From assembly GCF_031769215.1 (NCBI RefSeq), contig NW_026782699.1, forward strand, positions 124,001-188,000: a DNA stretch of 64,000 nucleotides, given 5' to 3'. The notes under the pieces are model-generated. The model was given only the letters and a program-made list of their open reading frames with translations. It was not told the origin of the DNA and ran no database searches. This DNA is from Ylistrum balloti. Taxonomy: Eukaryota. Position numbers and translations under genes: made by a program. The number at the start of each line of letters is the position of its first letter. Positions within the stretch are counted from its first letter, which is position 1. Shown piece by piece: positions 34,901 to 49,400 of this stretch.

Positions 34901-37900
34901 AAATCGAAGACAATGTTTGAAATAGCACAGGATGTACTTCGGGAAAATTCTGTTCTCCATAAAGTACGTCTGGTGCGTGAATTATCTACAGACCTTACAA
35001 TGCCCAACGATCTACCAGGGAGGTAATTACTTAAGATTTACTTATATATATATATATATATATATAACAGTAATATTTCTATCTAGCTGTTGATTGAGTA
35101 TCCATGATATATATGTTCATTGCTGATAAAATAAGTCATGTTCTTTAAACAACTTGGTCTGATGAAATATAAAACCAGTATACAAATTTGTTTTTGTCTT
35201 GCAGCATGCTTAGGCAATTGACTTTGATCGTTGTTGGGTTATAATTATATTCGATGATGCAAACTATGACACATTTTTATATACATACGTACCGGACAAA
35301 CTTTGATTTTGAAAGTCACCGCTCTACACACAATGCAAAAAGCACTTAGATTAAATTACCACTAAATCAAGTACATTTACTGTATATGCCTATGGTTATT
35401 TGAAGATAAAATCTATCTGTATAATAAGTTGAGTTTTGAACTCGATCACAAAGTATGATTCTGTAGTTCAGGAGAATATGTTTGGTTTCAGAGTATCACT
35501 GGTGGTGACAGAAACATTTGATGCTGCTTTGTTTGGAGAACATATCATATCTACACTTCAACATGCCTGGAAGGACCTTCTCATGCCTCCAACATCTAGA
35601 CTGGTGAGGACAATAAGTTAAGGGAGATAACTCCAATTTGAATAACAATTCATATGACCCGAAGGGCCAGGATGACCTATAGCCTTCGTGTTTGTTCTGT
35701 CGTTGTGAATTTTAAGGGCTAACAAGTATGTTAAAATGAATGACCTTGACCCACTTTCAAGGTCACGGGCATCAAATGTGTTGAAATCTTTAATCTTCTT
35801 TTCAATAGCCAAAAGGCCCAGGGTGTTGATATTTGGCCTGTATCGTGCTGGGATGAAGGGCTACCATGTTTGTTTTCATGAATGACCTTGATCTTTGTTA
35901 CTCAATAAAAAAGAACAACATACAGAATTAAATTTTATCAAATTTCATGTTACAAGTATTCTGACACATGTAAAGGAAAAAGTAGTGCAGCAACATTTTT
36001 ATACTTTAATCAACTTTCTAACATCGAACCTTTCAAATAATCATCATCAGGAAAAAAAGTTTAATACTGGATTTTTTTTACTTCTCATTGGAGTATATCC
36101 TTAATTGGCATTACCATAATTGTATATATCTATTTGTATTTATGTAACAAGTTTTCTTAATTTTGAACTTATTAAGCAAGAGGATGATCACACATATTCA
36201 CATAGCTGCATTTCAGCACATCCTGCAGTTAAAGCACAATATTTGCTTATGTGAAGCTGCAGGAAATTCATTTCCTTGACCCACAATCCATATATATATA
36301 TATAAATGGACTCTGGGTCAGAAACATGTGGCAAATGTCTCTGATATTATCTGTAATTTAGAGATTTTGTCTAACATTTTGTTTGTTGGTGTAGTTTATT
36401 CATATGTTGAAGGTTGTTTACTAGTAGATATTATTAGATTGATTGCAAAACATGTTTTGTGAAGATGATAAGGAAATTTAATGTTGATCTGTTCAGCGTT
36501 CCAAAGTTATACCAAGTGGAGCAACTCTATACATATGTGCAGTAGAATCTGAAGCTATTCGTACACAAAACAGGTATGTACCCTTCTGTTAATACATACA
36601 TCTGTCATGCAGAACATAATGTTTTCTGTAGTGTGTCATAGTAGTTAAGGATATGCTACATACTATATGCATTTTCTGCACCTGTATTTTAGTTGTAACA
36701 ATTTAAGCTCATCTGGCCTGAAGGACCGATGGAGTTTTTGGCATACCGAGGTAGGTTCCCCCTTGTTCCCATGTTGTGCCAGTCTAATTTCGGGACTTAT
36801 CAGAAAAAGAAAATGGTGTACCGACTGCCATCTTGGATTTTGACTTTGAAAGTTTGTTATCGCAATTTCTTGAGAACCACAGCATAGATCTTTCTCAAAT
36901 TTCATGGGTATGTTTCCCTTGATTCCTAATTGTTTGATTTTGGTATCCAACAGAAAAAGAAAATGGTGATCAGGAGGACATCTTGGATTTTGAATTGAAA
37001 AGTTTGTTATCGCTATTTCTTGATAAATGCTTCTGAAGATTTTTCTCAGATTTCATGCATAGGTTCCTTTTGGTCCCTTTTTATGCCTGTTTGAGTTTAG
37101 GACTGATAAGAAAAACAAAATGGCTGACAGGCAGCCATCTTGGATTTTGCCTAGTAAAGATTTCTCTCAGATTTCATACTTAGATTCCCCTTGGGCTCTT
37201 TTTGTGCCCGTTTGAAATTGGAGGAAACAAAATGGCTTTCAGGTGACCATTTTGGATTTTGTAGTTAATAATCATCATTGCTATATGCTACAAAAGAATT
37301 TTGTAATTTCTTATCAATAAGAACAAAACAGAGAAGAGAAAAGAAGGGAAAAGATGAAACTTCCAAAGAGCAAATAAAGATCAAACAATGGTGGCCAACA
37401 AGATCTTTCATGGATCTCTTCTTTAAAATCCTACCCCACTATGCAAATTATTAGGAATTATTAAATTTTGCCCAAACTTGGTTTGAAGCATTCTTTTTTA
37501 ATAGTGGTTGGTCTCAGCTCTCTTGGGCAGGAGGGACGAGGTCCAATAGGAGAAAAAGAGCAAATTCTGGAAAATCCTGCTCCGCCCATAGGAAAGATTT
37601 TGTCCAAAGTTTTGTATGGGTCTTGGGGCCCCTGGGTTGGAAGGTGTGGGACCCCATTTTGGAAATAGGGTAAATTCTTTAAAATCCTACATTTCCTGTA
37701 TGAATGATTTGGTCTTAAGTATCATTGACCCCTTAAGGACAGAGGGTTGGGTTCCAAAAAAGATGTGTTTTGTGTTGTGTTCTTGGAGATTTTGAATTCT
37801 CTTTTTCTGTAGATTTCATGAAGCAATTTTAGTCAAGCAAAGTCAGATGAGAGATACAAGCCGTATGGGTCTCTTGTTTCCATGAATATTATAAACGTGT

Positions 37901-40900
37901 TATATTGTACATGTATGACATTAGCAAATGATTATTTGGTGCATCTTTTGTTCAGTCTTGTGGATTGGTGGGTGTTAGACATTGCAGGTTAACTTTTAGT
38001 CCCTGTGGTTTGCCTTAACCTGCATGGCACATTTTAATTCATTCGCATAGTGATACAGTTCAGAATAAATTTTCAGACATACAAAATTAATTGAATTATT
38101 GGACTGGTGCCCCTCCCCAGTTTGATTCTGACATTTCTTTCAATCAGTTTTGATTCTCCTCGGTTTTCAAAATTTAGGCTCTTACCATCACTGACAAGTT
38201 CTAGAAGGACAAGACAGCTGTATGATGCAGTTTAATTCCATGTTTATTTATTCCTGTATCTAATTGTATAAGGTGCTTTTCACTTGTGTGTTATTTGTAC
38301 AATCTTAGCAACATACAAAACACTGACCATCTTTAAGCATATTTCATATATTTCAATTTATAGTACATATAAAAGGATACAGACAATGCTAGCTGGACCT
38401 GTCTGTCATGTTCTATTTACCTGGCAGATTCCTGTATCCAGGATTACACAAACTAGACATGGGAGGTGTGGGGATAGTATGTACTACTGGTACTGTAGCT
38501 GACGAACCCTACACCACAGAGAACCTGACTCGTCTTCGCCGGGGATACAAGATGTTATCAGAACCTTCCCTTCTCACCTGTATCAACTTCAATGATCCAT
38601 TGGTGAGTTTCAATGATATTCTGGTACAATGATAACACTAATTACAGCACTGAGACAATACAATAAAGCAAAAACATTACTATCTAAAGACGTGCTATCC
38701 TTAAAATTATATCTAGGTTCTTTGATTTTACTGTTGTATTTGAAAAAGATAATATATAAACATTTGTATCTGTCTAATTTTCTTGCTTTGAAGGAGCTGG
38801 ATATAATAGCCAATGGCATTGAATGGCAGGCAACTCTACCCATTACAACTATTGGAAAGCTAGATGCCATTGTGTTTTGGTTTGACCTTCACCTTGACGA
38901 TGAGATCTCCATAACAACTAACCCATCAATGGAGACCTGTTGGGAACAGGCGGTATTTCCTGTACTGCCCTCTCATTTTCATCAAAGCTGCTGTGGGATG
39001 CTTCATGGTAGATATTATTAATTGTCTAACTATTTGTAAAACATTTGATGTCTATATACGTTCCTTCATTTGAGTATAAAAATATGTAAAATTAAAGACT
39101 TTTGACAATTTCTGTCATTTGTAAATTTATTTTTGAAAGGTGAAATGAAATTCAAATTTCTGATAATGAATAATTTTCTAGGTTTTAATTTCTAAACATT
39201 TTATGATTTAAACCATCTTTTATAAATTAATTCAGTCAATTGTTATTAATATATTTGTAGTTCAAACTCCCAAAGGGCATTCTTGTTTTTAATATATTTC
39301 AGACACACAACATGGGTTTATAATCAGGGATGGAGACTCACTTCATGTAAAGTTCAGTCTAGGAGAAGATTGTTTATGGTTGGTTTCCTGTCACTGCTGC
39401 CATGACAGCGATGATTCAGCACCCTACATGCCTCTGGCAGATTTTATCTGTCCACCACAGGTCACTGAACAATATCTATTGGAAAGGACAGAAATAGACA
39501 AACTCAACAATCTCTATTACAATAAAATGTTCTGTCAGGCCATAGATAAACATTTATCACAGTTAGATTGTGCTGATAGCCTAAGAATCCTTGACTTCTC
39601 TGGAGGGTTATCTCCCCTTTGTTTACAAATGTTAAAGGATAGTGATCATCATTGCGTTGTTATAGCAAGGGAGGGACTACATGATGTCATATGGAAGTTG
39701 ATGTCTGTGAATGATATCGACCGTGATAGACTGCAGCTTGTGGAACCTTCGAACCTGTCAGAGGTCGAGGGAGATTGTCAGCTAATATTGTGTGATATCA
39801 TAGAACAGTGTGGCATCCTCAAACAGCAAGTCCTGGAGGACATCGCACTTCTCAGGTAAGTCAAGTTGGTTAACCTCAAGGGTAGGTAATACTAGTACGT
39901 CTTTAGTAGGTTATGTTAATACATATCACAGGTAGGTCAAGGTAATACACTCTGTGTTACACACCAAAGGTTCGTCAAGCATGTAAACATCAAATGTCAA
40001 GTATGTATAGTGATGGGAATCGGAACAGAAATTTACAATTGATTATCTGGAGGAGTACTATAAACGATTAATCGATCAATCGAAATCTTCCAGGATATTG
40101 GTACAGCTCATTATCATCCGCCATATTGACAACATGCTCTTTCGTACTTATGTTTAAAAGTTGAAATCTAAAGTTTTCTTGATTTATGAATATACAATGT
40201 ACTTTCCTTTTCTAAAAACAAATGAAATCCAAATTTTGATTTACTAGTGTAGATTTGTGTCAGTTTTTTTTATTATAAATACTGAATGAAAACTGCGAAA
40301 CATATGCCAAATACTGGTTACTTCTAGTACTGATACACTAGGCTCGATACAATACGTTGGTTTGGTACATCCCCATCCTGGACCAGGAGGTTATTAACCT
40401 TTTTTTTTTTTTTTGATTAATCGAGCTTACAAAAACTTAAGTCGAGCGCTTGATTTTTGGTTGTAGTCGAGCAATTTTTGACTTTTTTCGACTATCGGAA
40501 CACCACTAAGTATATACACATCAAAGGTCAACCTAGTATATGTTTGAGGTGAGGCTTGGACACATGTAAGTTCAAGCTTTTACATAGGTCAAGCCAGTAC
40601 ACATCACAGTAAGGTCAAGTCAGTGCACATCATAGGAAGGTCAAGCCAGTACACATCACAGTACACATCACAGTAAGGTCAAGTCAGTACACATATCAGA
40701 TAGGTCAAGCCAGTACACATCACAGTAAGGTCAAGTCAGTGCACATCACAGGAAGGTCAAGCCAGTACACATCACAGTAAGGTCAAGTCAGTACACATAT
40801 CAGATAGGTCAAGGCAGTACACATCACAGTAAGGTCAAGTCAGTGCACATCACAGGAAGGTCAAGCCAGTACACATCACAGTAAGGTCAAGTCAGTACAC

Positions 40901-42887
40901 ATATCAGATAGGTCAAGCCAGTACACATCACAGTAAGGTCAAGCCAGTGCACAAGGCAGATAGGTCAAGCCAGTACACATCTATGGTAACAATCCAATAT
41001 TTTTGACAATAGCAATAGTTAAACTTCTAATTTATGATTTGTATATACCTGTACACTAGAAAATTTGAAGATGCCAAGAAGTTTTGCTTTTGTTATAAAT
41101 ATCAAAGAAACCTGACATATATGCAATATATAAAATCGTAAGTGGCACCTCTCTTTTCCTCTAACACAGAGCCACCTGTCTTTCTGCTGGGGGAATCATT
41201 GTTCCTGGCCGTGTCACTATTCACGGTCTGTGTGTAGAGTCGGAAATGCTTCACGGGGATAGTGCTGTCATCAACGAACGTACACTGGGGTACAACATTG
41301 CCAAGTATATGAACAATTTCCAGGTATTCAAAAAAGCTTTCATGTTCTATAAAGGTTGGAATAATGAAAATAATGGAGCGATTTTATTTAAATTTTGTTT
41401 GAAAGCACCTTATTTTGATTGATATCTACTAGTCTCATACAAAAGTAATATGGTAATGTGGACCATGCTGTGGCTCTGACTTATGGTCATGTAAATATCA
41501 TGCGAAAATGTCAATTATTGTTCTCTTTATGTGCTTTTGAGTATATCTGCAGTAAGGGCATATTCAATACCATGATTAGTATAAAGTGAAAGATTTGGAT
41601 ATGGACCTCGGTTTTCCATACCAGGAAATGACTTTTCTTTATATGTGTTGAATATTTTTTGATGATCTGTCAAATTCGTTTAAATGAATAACCTTGACAC
41701 TTTAAATTCACAAGGTCAGATGTGTAAGAAATGAAAATACCAAGAGTCATGATAACATAAAAATAAGGTTTACATTTGGAATAATCAGAAAAGTTGTCAC
41801 ATAATTCTTGCAAATTTTTCATTCATAATCTGCAAAACAGATAGGTGACTGGCCCATGGGACTTCTTTAGATTGCTCCCAGGGTGTCTCCCATTAAATAC
41901 TGGTTGAACCGTTGTTTTGGTTCCCCAAATAATTATTTCTCCGGTAGATAACTACTAAACCATTAAAGATTCCTTCATGAAAGGTGCTGATAAAGTACAG
42001 TGCTTTGTCATTAACGCATTGCAACCTTGCATCAAGGATAAGTGGTAATATTTCCGATAATATCTTGTCCAGTAGATACTTTTTAAACTGTTAAGATATC
42101 TGAAAGTTGCTGTAGATCTTTATCACCCTCTGAAAAAGTGCAGGGCTTCATATTTTGATAATTACGACCTAAAGGTCAATGGTCAAATGAAGTGCTAACT
42201 TTTCCAACAGGCAGTAATTTTCAAATTGTTTAAGATATCTTAATTAATTAAGAAAGTACTAATTTTACCAGTGATTAAGAACAGTACTTTTTAATATCTA
42301 TCCTTGCACATCCAACTTAATATGAAAGCAGCAAATATGCATAATTGCTTAAAAGGGGAGGCATATATTTTTGTTCACTGAAATTAAACAAATCAGTTTG
42401 CTGTGATTGACATGTCCATTTCCTTTCATAACTAGAAAGAATTAAATTACCCTTTTGACTTTCTAAGAGAAGATCACTGTCACATTCTACTTGGTTTTTC
42501 TTTCAGATGACTAAACACGTTGATATAGATTTATCAACCTTATCACATGTCAGGCTCTCTGACCCATTTGTCTTGATGCAATTTGACCTCAATGAACGCC
42601 TGAGTAGCGATGAGCCTCCATCCTTTCTGGAGCAAACCCAGGAAGTGAAGGTCACCATGACAGACGTAGGTCACCTGACTGCTGTAGTGTACTGGTTTGA
42701 ATTTGAAATGGCAGAGGGTCTGAGGTTCACAACACTTGATGGAACGTCCCATTGGAAGCAAGCTGCTGTTATGTTAAAGTCTTCTACAGAATTTACAATG
42801 GGACAAACAGTGGACTTAAATGTTTGTTTGAAAAATAGTTGTATCAGTATCAAAATTGACAAACAATTCAATGATGCTACTCCTTGA
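31924..42887 (+). CDS. PRMT9: Protein arginine N-methyltransferase 9, ~787 aa
   Basis: Exons 31924-32216, 34226-34462, 34855-35022, 35492-35603, 36497-36573, 38428-38602, 38794-39007, 39303-39855, 41170-41323, 42507-42887 (2364 nt, phase-consistent). It has an N-terminal TPR-like region, [12 protein letters not shown], motif [10 protein letters not shown], double-E loop [12 protein letters not shown], a PRMT9-type TCW loop (ETCWEQAV) and a degenerate second PRMT module. Confidence 0.93.
35610..35890. mobile_element. Short non-autonomous repeat fragment (GACCTTGACCCACTTTCAAGGTCAC type)
   Basis: A motif common in bivalve interspersed repeats. Related GACCTT/AAGGTCA-rich pieces occur at ~33270-33660, ~53340-53830 and ~60540-60830. 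Boundaries approximate. Confidence 0.45.
36700..37270 (-). mobile_element. Non-autonomous Helentron/pearl-like repeat with tandem cores
   Basis: Begins TTTAAGCTCATCTGGCCTGAAGGACC, the reverse complement of the element end at ~2720-2757. It is followed by three to four CATCTTGGATTTTG..TTTGTTATCGC.ATTTCT cores. Confidence 0.65.
40008..40508. mobile_element. hAT-type MITE (~500 bp) with an 8-bp target-site duplication
   Basis: Ends TAGTGATG../..CACCACTA. The flanks AGTATGTA (40000-40007) and AGTATATA (40509-40516) match at 7/8 positions. Subterminal ATCGA/TCGA repeats are present. Confidence 0.7.
40585..40980. repeat. ~26-bp minisatellite, ~15 copies, with higher-order alternation
   Basis: Unit AGGTCAAG(C/T)CAGT(A/G)CACATCACAGTA, in PRMT9 intron 8. 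Confidence 0.92.
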
Positions 42888-45139
42888 ACTGAAGCATGTT
42901 CATGTATTTGGCCACTTTACAAGACAGTCAATGAATTGTATAAATGGTGAATCTTATCATTAATACAAAATGTCCTAATTCAAACAGCATCACAGAATTG
43001 GCAAACCTGTAGTTCAGGGATAGCTAGCAAAGCATTTACCAGTAATACTGTAAGGTATGAATACTCCCATGCTCCTTACACAGCAGTATCAGCATTTGAC
43101 AATCATCTGTATACAACCATGTCAACGGTGACTTTGAACGCTGGAAACAAAAACATGTAAGGGGTATTGACATAGTTGGCCACAAGTTTGATTGAATATT
43201 TTAGTAAGTGGAGTTGCTAGCGACAATAATTCTATTTAAAGTGATGCATAACACTAGTACCCTATTTTCACAGGACATATGTAAGTGATAGAACAAGCAG
43301 CGAGTTCGGTGAAAAAACAAAGCATTTGAAAAAAAAAATAAGGGGGTTCTGTTTAAGAACCTATAGGATACACACTACAAGACTAGAATTGTACTTGCAA
43401 AATATTGATACTTTGAAACTCAACACAAAACTGAATAAATTTAAATATTTATTTGATATCATCAAATGAACATAAAATATAGACAACTAGCGCAAGTCAT
43501 CACACAAACGGGTAACAAATTTATTATACTAGTATTCATTGCTGAATCACAAATACAGATCACGGCTGCATCCAAATGTCCATTACAGTCTTACAGCATT
43601 TCTGGTAAATTATGGGTGTTCATTTATGCAAAATATACTTCTATGTAGCTAGTATAAACATGCATGATAACGTGTTTCCATATATTCTACCTGTCTGAAG
43701 TAAAATTTTGAACCATTCTGTATGATACATCATTAAAATTTTGTTACAAATCTAATAAAACTTAATATTTGAATATTGACAATGGGTAAAGTGATCCCAG
43801 TACAATCAATGTGTTCGACTGTTTTCATCTACCCGGTTGAAATAGTCTCTCGAAATACGGAAAGTATTCCACAGTAAATGAATAAACCTAAACGGACAAA
43901 ACATTTTAAATTTCAAATACAACAAAATTTGGATACATTTCTTTCTCCGTGATCTAAATTTGAAACAATTTTGCTCTTAAATATTCTTGAGCAGTCGGTT
44001 TGTTTTTATAAACACTTGAAAATTCTATACTAGTGATTTTCATTGACTACATTTCAGACAAGCATGAATACCTGGATTTGTATGTGCGAAATAATCTAGC
44101 TCTAAACAGCTTTGATTTTAATATGCGTTGGTTAATTTCAACTGTTACTTGAAATCAGGTTTGGCTGTACAATATGAACACAAAATAGCATCAGCACAAA
44201 CACACAACAATGTTCTAGATCCTCCAGCCCATACTTATCTGGTGGTCATACTATCTCTAGCTAATCAGGACAAATTTTCCTCCAGTAAAACGACCAACTT
44301 CCAGCTGGGAACAAGCGTGGACATTTTACAGACATTATCTGTATATATTCTTACCATAACGAACTACACAAAGTGCATCAATATAACAATAATTTTACTA
44401 CTGTTTTGTGTTCCTTATTTATCACATACATTAGGTGGATGTTATGATGCACTTAAATCAATTATCAAATCTTAAAAACTTTAGTTTAAAAATTTGAGTA
44501 TGCCAAGTTTGTTGACATAAATGTACAGTAAGGGATCTTGTCATACAAGATTTATGAAATAAGCAAGAATTTTTCGTTTTATCTAGCCTATGCTGGAAAA
44601 AAATAAACAAAAAACATGAAAAGTTTCATTGATCTTGTATACAAAATGTAAATAAAGTCCGGAGTAAATTTATCACATCAACTTAAGAACAGCATTTTAT
44701 GAGACTTTATCCAATTTGATGATTTTCTCAATACATTTTATTTTCATGATCTCATAATATGAAGTTATGATAATGACATTGCAAATGAGACAATGGGCAC
44801 CTTCCAGTAACAGCACTGCTAGATGTTATTACATGTGTGTTAACACAATCTATTACACTGTTTACAGATTGATATATTCTGGTTTCTGCTTTAAGTAAGA
44901 TCACCAACAGGCTTTTGTTTGAGCTAACAGACCCTGGATGATATACAAGTATGTTGTTACAATAGGTTTTGCACTTTTAGTAAAAGAACTAAAAAGACCT
45001 AACAGCAAATTTGATCCAATTATGGAAAAACAATTTCCCCATAAATTCACAACAATACTACCTACGAACACATTTTTTGGAACTTCATGAATGTGCATAA
45101 TTACCCTTATTCATGCATCTACCTGTGGATCACCGAACC

Positions 45140-45418
45140 TTGGGTGCTATTATGGTAGAATGCAGTAACCTTTAATTATAAAACCTCCATTAAATCTTGG
45201 GTGCTAATATGGTAGAATTCTGTAACCTTTAATTATAAAACCTCCATTAAATCTTGGGTGCTAATATGGTATAATTCTGTAACCTTTAATTATAAAACCT
45301 CCATTAAATCTTGGGTGCTAATATGGAAGAATTCTGTAACCTTTAATTATAAAACCTCCATTAAATCTTGGGTGCTAATAGGTAGAATTCTGTAACCTTT
45401 AATTATAAAACCTCCATC
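45140..45418. repeat. 57-bp minisatellite, ~5 copies
   Basis: Unit TTGGGTGCTAATATGGTAGAATTCTGTAACCTTTAATTATAAAACCTCCATTAAATC, with starts at 45140 and 45197. Confidence 0.95.
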
Positions 45419-46363
45419 CCATATATTAATGTCTGGAAATTGCCTTCACTTGAAAGTCTAATTCTCAGACTTATTAAAACGAGATAAATTGGATAATTAC
45501 TTATAAATATACATCACACTAGTTGTCTCCTTCCATGCTACATTGACATAAATAAAACATATATACATAATGTATACAAATTTTGGATACAGACTATGTT
45601 ATCACAGTTTATCTCCACTAACATCTCTATAACAAACTCACACAATCCCCAACAAATCCTGAGCACACTGTGGTTAGTAGCCTAAAAAACAGTTATAACA
45701 GTTTTGGGATGTTTCTATATATATATATATATATGGCATCATCGACTGTTTTACTGATCATGTCCAAATAAGGACAGTATGTTACATATGCTTCTTGGTA
45801 TAAATAAGTTGATACAGCTGAGGCAGATAAAGTGTTGGTTTAACTAAATGGTGAATCATACTTTTAATCTGCAGTTTTCACAAATCACAACGCATGATGT
45901 TTTTCTTCCTTCAGGTTAAGAAAATTTTGGCAAACCAAGTGTTCAGACCAGTAAAATACCCATGTTTTACAGAAACATATATCAACTTTTTTTCTCAATT
46001 TCCACACACACATTTACACTATGATCAGCTCTGTTCACACACAACCTTACAGATATAAACAAACAACATGACAAAATACATTATACACGTCTTAATGAAT
46101 CAATTTACTTCGTGCAGTTTCTTCTAAAATTCCAAGTGAATGAGAATGATGAACAAGAATCAAAATTGCAGATAAAAGCATCCTGCACTCTCAAACTTTA
46201 TCTTGTTTAGTTGAATGTAACCATTCAGGAGGGCAACATCCTACATTTAAAAATATGTAAATATTAACTCCATCAGACTTCACACAACAAGCAAGGATTA
46301 CAGTTAGAGGATCGCATTCTACTTGTATTGTAGGTTGAAGCAGTGTGATAAGATTTTGTTAAA

Positions 46364-46422
46364 TTAACATGAACTCCTCACTCCATTTTTACCATCATTC
46401 TCATCATCACCATCATCATCAC

Positions 46423-46453
<31 letters not shown>

Positions 46454-49400
46454 TTCTGGGATTTTCTTGTTTTTAATTTCATTGCTGTCTTTGGTTTTTT
46501 TTGTGTTTTGACTTTTGTTCATTTTTAGTTCTGTAGTTTCCTGTTTTTCCTCGTTTACAATTTTCTTCTTGTTTTCACCAGTTTCATTCTGATTTGTTTG
46601 CACAAAGTTTTCAGAAGTGGCCTCCCCCTTTGTTTCATCGGTGCAGGTAGAATGTTTTCTGTTATTTTCCTCATTCAAAACAGCTTTTATCTGGGACAGC
46701 AAACCATTATCCATGTCCTCGACAGCCCACAAACCTGTAGAAATTTCATCAATTCTAATGAAATACTGTTTATGTGAAATTTGTATAATTCATTAAATAG
46801 ATCTTCAGAAAAAATTGAATTCTGAATTCTTCAGAGCATCTTTAATTTCAAGAAGGGTTTAAATCTGAATTTTTCAAATAACATAAATAATTAATGATAT
46901 AAACATCTTTTATAAGAACAATGTACTCAAAAGATATCACCAGGGTATCTTCGGAATTAAATATAATCTCCTGAGTAGATACAGATCTATGATATAAATT
47001 CATTATGAACCTTGACTGAATCACTTTTAACGGACATACCATTTAATTAATTAGACTTACATGTTGATTATGGTCACGGAAAATTTTTTGACATCACCCA
47101 AATATTTTACGTTTCATTTTTGATAAAAATGATTCATTCTCTTCACTCTCTGACTCATATTCCCCTGATGCTTCTTCTTTAGCATCAGCCCCTGAAACGA
47201 AAAATTCTCGAATCAGGATATCTGACTTTAAGACTTCAGTTCATTATCACACTTTCTCTTTGACCATAATCAACACTTATCATACAATCTTTCTCATGAC
47301 TCTGACTTAATTCAATCACAAAGACCATTTTAACTAATACTTTTGATTAGAACATAAATTAATTTGTGAGATTGAAATTTTGATGAGCAATATAATCTAC
47401 ACAATAGAACACTGATAAATTGTGATACCATGTTTGTATTTGAAGGCATTTAAATCAATTCTATACATTCAAAAGTTAACAACTAATCTCACCAATATCT
47501 GTATCTACAACTCCGTTTATAGTGCCATTCACCCCCTTCTCTGTTTCAGCGAAAGCCAATAGTAGAGCTCTCTGTTTTTCTGTTAAAGATCTGTAAACAA
47601 CAATATGAAAGCAAGGTCATATTCCAGTGAAGACTTCAGAGATAGTTATTTCAAAATAGCATCCTGATAACACATTTCCAGGTGTTGGATCTCATTCCAA
47701 CATCATTATACTCTGTAAGTTTTGATAACAATCACTGATTTCTGTCACAAAGTGTCATAGATTTAAGATATTCTTTATTGTTGTCAAATTTAAATGTTGG
47801 TCAAATGATTCATTGTCATAGAAATTACATCCTCGATATTCCAGGTGTTATGATAAATTTCTCTCTCTGATAACCTCCTTTGGTACTTGTATTCTGTAGA
47901 TAACTATAATGGTAAACCTCCTTGGGTACTTGTAATTTGTATAACACCTTCTCAACCTTCTCGGATGCTTGTATTTGGAAGTTAACCTACTTGTATATTT
48001 AGATAGCCTACCTGGGTACTTGTATTTTCAAATGGATGTAGTGATCACCCCGTCCATGGCTGTTAACACGAGCGGCACCCTTTCCTGTCATTCTGATCCT
48101 GCTATGGGAATGGCTCCCATCAGGTATCTAAGTAGAACAAAACGAAACATGTGTATCACAGAAAAGTTCAAATGATTAGATAACTTACCATACATCAGCA
48201 AAAACCAGGGCACTTTCTGATTTTTTTAATTTGTAGTCTAACAAAGTCTTTCAATTCTTAAATCAATAATTTTCCTTCACACATTTACTGGGTTTATCCT
48301 TCGGCAACAATGATCCTGAAAATTTTTCCATATTAACATTATTAGACATTCTTTTTTCCCTGATCCTTTTTTCTCTGTAATTGAAAAAAACATGACTGAG
48401 ACGTCGCCCAATATTACATAACGGTTATCTATGAGATATCAATGAATTCATACTACACATGATGTTGTTGTGTTCTGTTGTGTTTTTGTAAAGTATTAAT
48501 GTACTTACTTTTAGAAGTATGTCTTCATACACACCAGGAATTTTCATGGTGCCTCCCAACACAGCTTGGGAAAGACTTATATTGATGTCACTGTGGATAT
48601 CTGCCCCTTCACGTCTGAACTCTCGACTTCTAGCAACCTATTACAGAAATAAATCTGACACAGTGAAGATAATAACAAGAGATTTCACAGGGATATTGAC
48701 GCCCTCTATATATTTATCCTTAAAAGTTGTAATCTTTTTCTCCATTCATCTCTTCCCTTCTTTGTTTAAACTCATTATCATAGGAAATTTGAAAATTCAT
48801 CTACGAAAAAGTGAATGACATTTTTACTGTCCAATCCAAGATGTTCACCTGCTGACCATTTTGTTTAACTGAACAGTCCCAAGGGGCACAACTAGGGACT
48901 AAGAGGAACCAATCAAGTTCTTCAGCAGCAAAAATGATAAATTATGACTATCAAAAACAAAGATGACCCCCTGTCTGTCTTGTTGCTGTTTTGATAAATT
49001 CCAAAATAAAACAATGTTCAATTAGGGACCAAAGGGAACTACCTATAAAATTTGAAAATTATTCATCCAGTAATTGTTTAAGGACACAATGAATGACCGA
49101 CATTGGGCATGGGATAATTTGAACAGCCCACCCTCTGCTGACTGTGTTCTAAATATGCATCATTGTATAACAGCCTGCATTTGAAATCGAGACTTTTAAG
49201 AAGTGATCACATGTTTTTTATCATAGTAATAAATATATCTCGTGAAGCAAAGAACTGGAATAAATTCAAGATTCCACAGCATGGAATGGAAAATCACTCC
49301 AGCTTGGTAGACTGGTCTTTTATAGTGTCCAAACCAGCATCAGTTTACCAATATATATCATTTCTGTTGTTGGGTGTTAGCATTACCAAATTTAATTGTA

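Noticed and set aside
38178-38219. Possible extra PRMT9 micro-exon ([13 protein letters not shown])
   Set aside because: Exons 36497-36573 and 38428-38602 already join in phase with sensible sequence, and there is no similarity support.
43466-45098. Short ORFs between the PRMT9 and DNAJA3 3' ends
   Set aside because: AT-rich with no motifs or consistent splice structure; probably 3'UTR or intergenic.
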